In this document: positions 63,300-64,000 of the stretch, in pieces
Layout: each line of letters starts with the position of its first letter
Numbering within the stretch: the stretch's first letter is position 1
NCBI RefSeq assembly: GCF_009834535.1
Contig: NC_045697.1
Span: 11,534,001 to 11,598,000 of the forward strand
DNA: 64,000 nt
Direction of reading: 5' to 3'
From: Camelus ferus
Lineage: Eukaryota
Position numbers and translations under genes: made by a program
The notes under the pieces: generated by a model
What the model was told of the DNA's origin: nothing
What the model saw: the letters and a program-made list of their open reading frames with translations, nothing else
The model's database searches: none

Positions 63300-63780
63300 G
63301 TTATAAGTTAGAGTGCTTTGATTGCAAGTAACATAAAACCGAACTTAAATTAACTTAAATAATAATTGGAAATTTCAAAGATAGGTCAGGTTTCATGCAT
63401 AGTAGAATCAGGGCTCTAGATCCCCTTTTTGCCTTTCTCTCAGCACTTCCTGCCTCTCTGAATCCACTTTTACCTTCAGCTAGATTTTGTTTGTGGCTGT
63501 AAAAATTCTATACACTTTACTATCCAACAAAGCTCTGAGCTTCTTTTCTCAGTATCATACAATCAAAGCCTTAGGCTGCACTCATATTGAATCAACTTGA
63601 GTTATATACTCATGCCCTAGGCTATTAGGGACTGTCAAGAGCATCTTCTAGATTTTATCTTTCACACAGTGTTAAGTGGGGTCTATATCCCACCAAATCT
63701 ACACAATGGGAGATGTCCTTAAAGAGGAAGAGGGGCTGGATATTAAATATCACCTCATCTTCTTCCCCCAAAACTCATTT
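63300..63780 (-). mobile_element. MaLR LTR, MLT1K/L-like
   Basis: AGTTAGAGTGCTTTGATTGCAAGTAACATAAAACC...AACTTAAATAA. Confidence 0.6.
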
Positions 63781-64000
63781 ACATGGAAATTATTGACACC
63801 TGAGCCTCTGACACTCTGAGCTAATGGACTGCATGTTCTTTCAGCCACTGCTTGCACATTCAGCACTTTATTTTGGGGAACTAATCTCTAAGAATGTGAT
63901 AGAGGGTTGTAATTTATCAGGCAGTCAGAGCCCCCTGGTTTCACATAAAGAATCATGCATATGTCTCTAATTGTTTTCCTTAATCCAACTCAATAATCTT

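Noticed and set aside
1..64000. CRISPR array, tRNA/rRNA/snRNA genes, processed pseudogenes
   Set aside because: By eye I found no regularly spaced repeats, known RNA-gene motifs or retrocopied host CDS, and the context is eukaryotic.

Overview
Mammalian (eutherian) non-coding DNA, intergenic or deep intronic. The young L1 3' ends, a MER41-like ERV1 LTR and the absence of recognisable Alu, B1, Bov-A/tA, PRE1 or Can-SINEs point to a laurasiatherian, most likely a camelid; this is recalled similarity, not a search result. The dominant feature is a full-length, now inactivated ~7.2 kb LINE-1 on the + strand (41618-48822). It has a YY1 site, a CpG-rich 5'UTR, ORF1 with a single early nonsense codon, a ~390 bp inter-ORF spacer, ORF2 with several stops, frameshifts and a YADD->YAND change, a polyA signal and an 8-bp target-site duplication. 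Most of the remainder is ancient interspersed repeats (L2, MIR, CR1/L3, HAL1/L1ME/L1MC, MLT1, MLT2, LTR16/33/40, MER5A/20/113, Charlie4), often nested. I recognise no host protein-coding gene, RNA gene or CRISPR array. Nearly all short ORFs in the track are chance ORFs or transposon remnants. I found no convincing novel biological system. The best leads are a promoter-like NF-kB/CCAAT/C-EBP/TATA/splice-donor module at ~30.3 kb in a repeat-poor island, a well-flanked 45-nt candidate exon at 23026-23070, and very short L1 3'-end insertions with TSDs. Repeat family names come from remembered consensus motifs, and boundaries are approximate unless a TSD is quoted.
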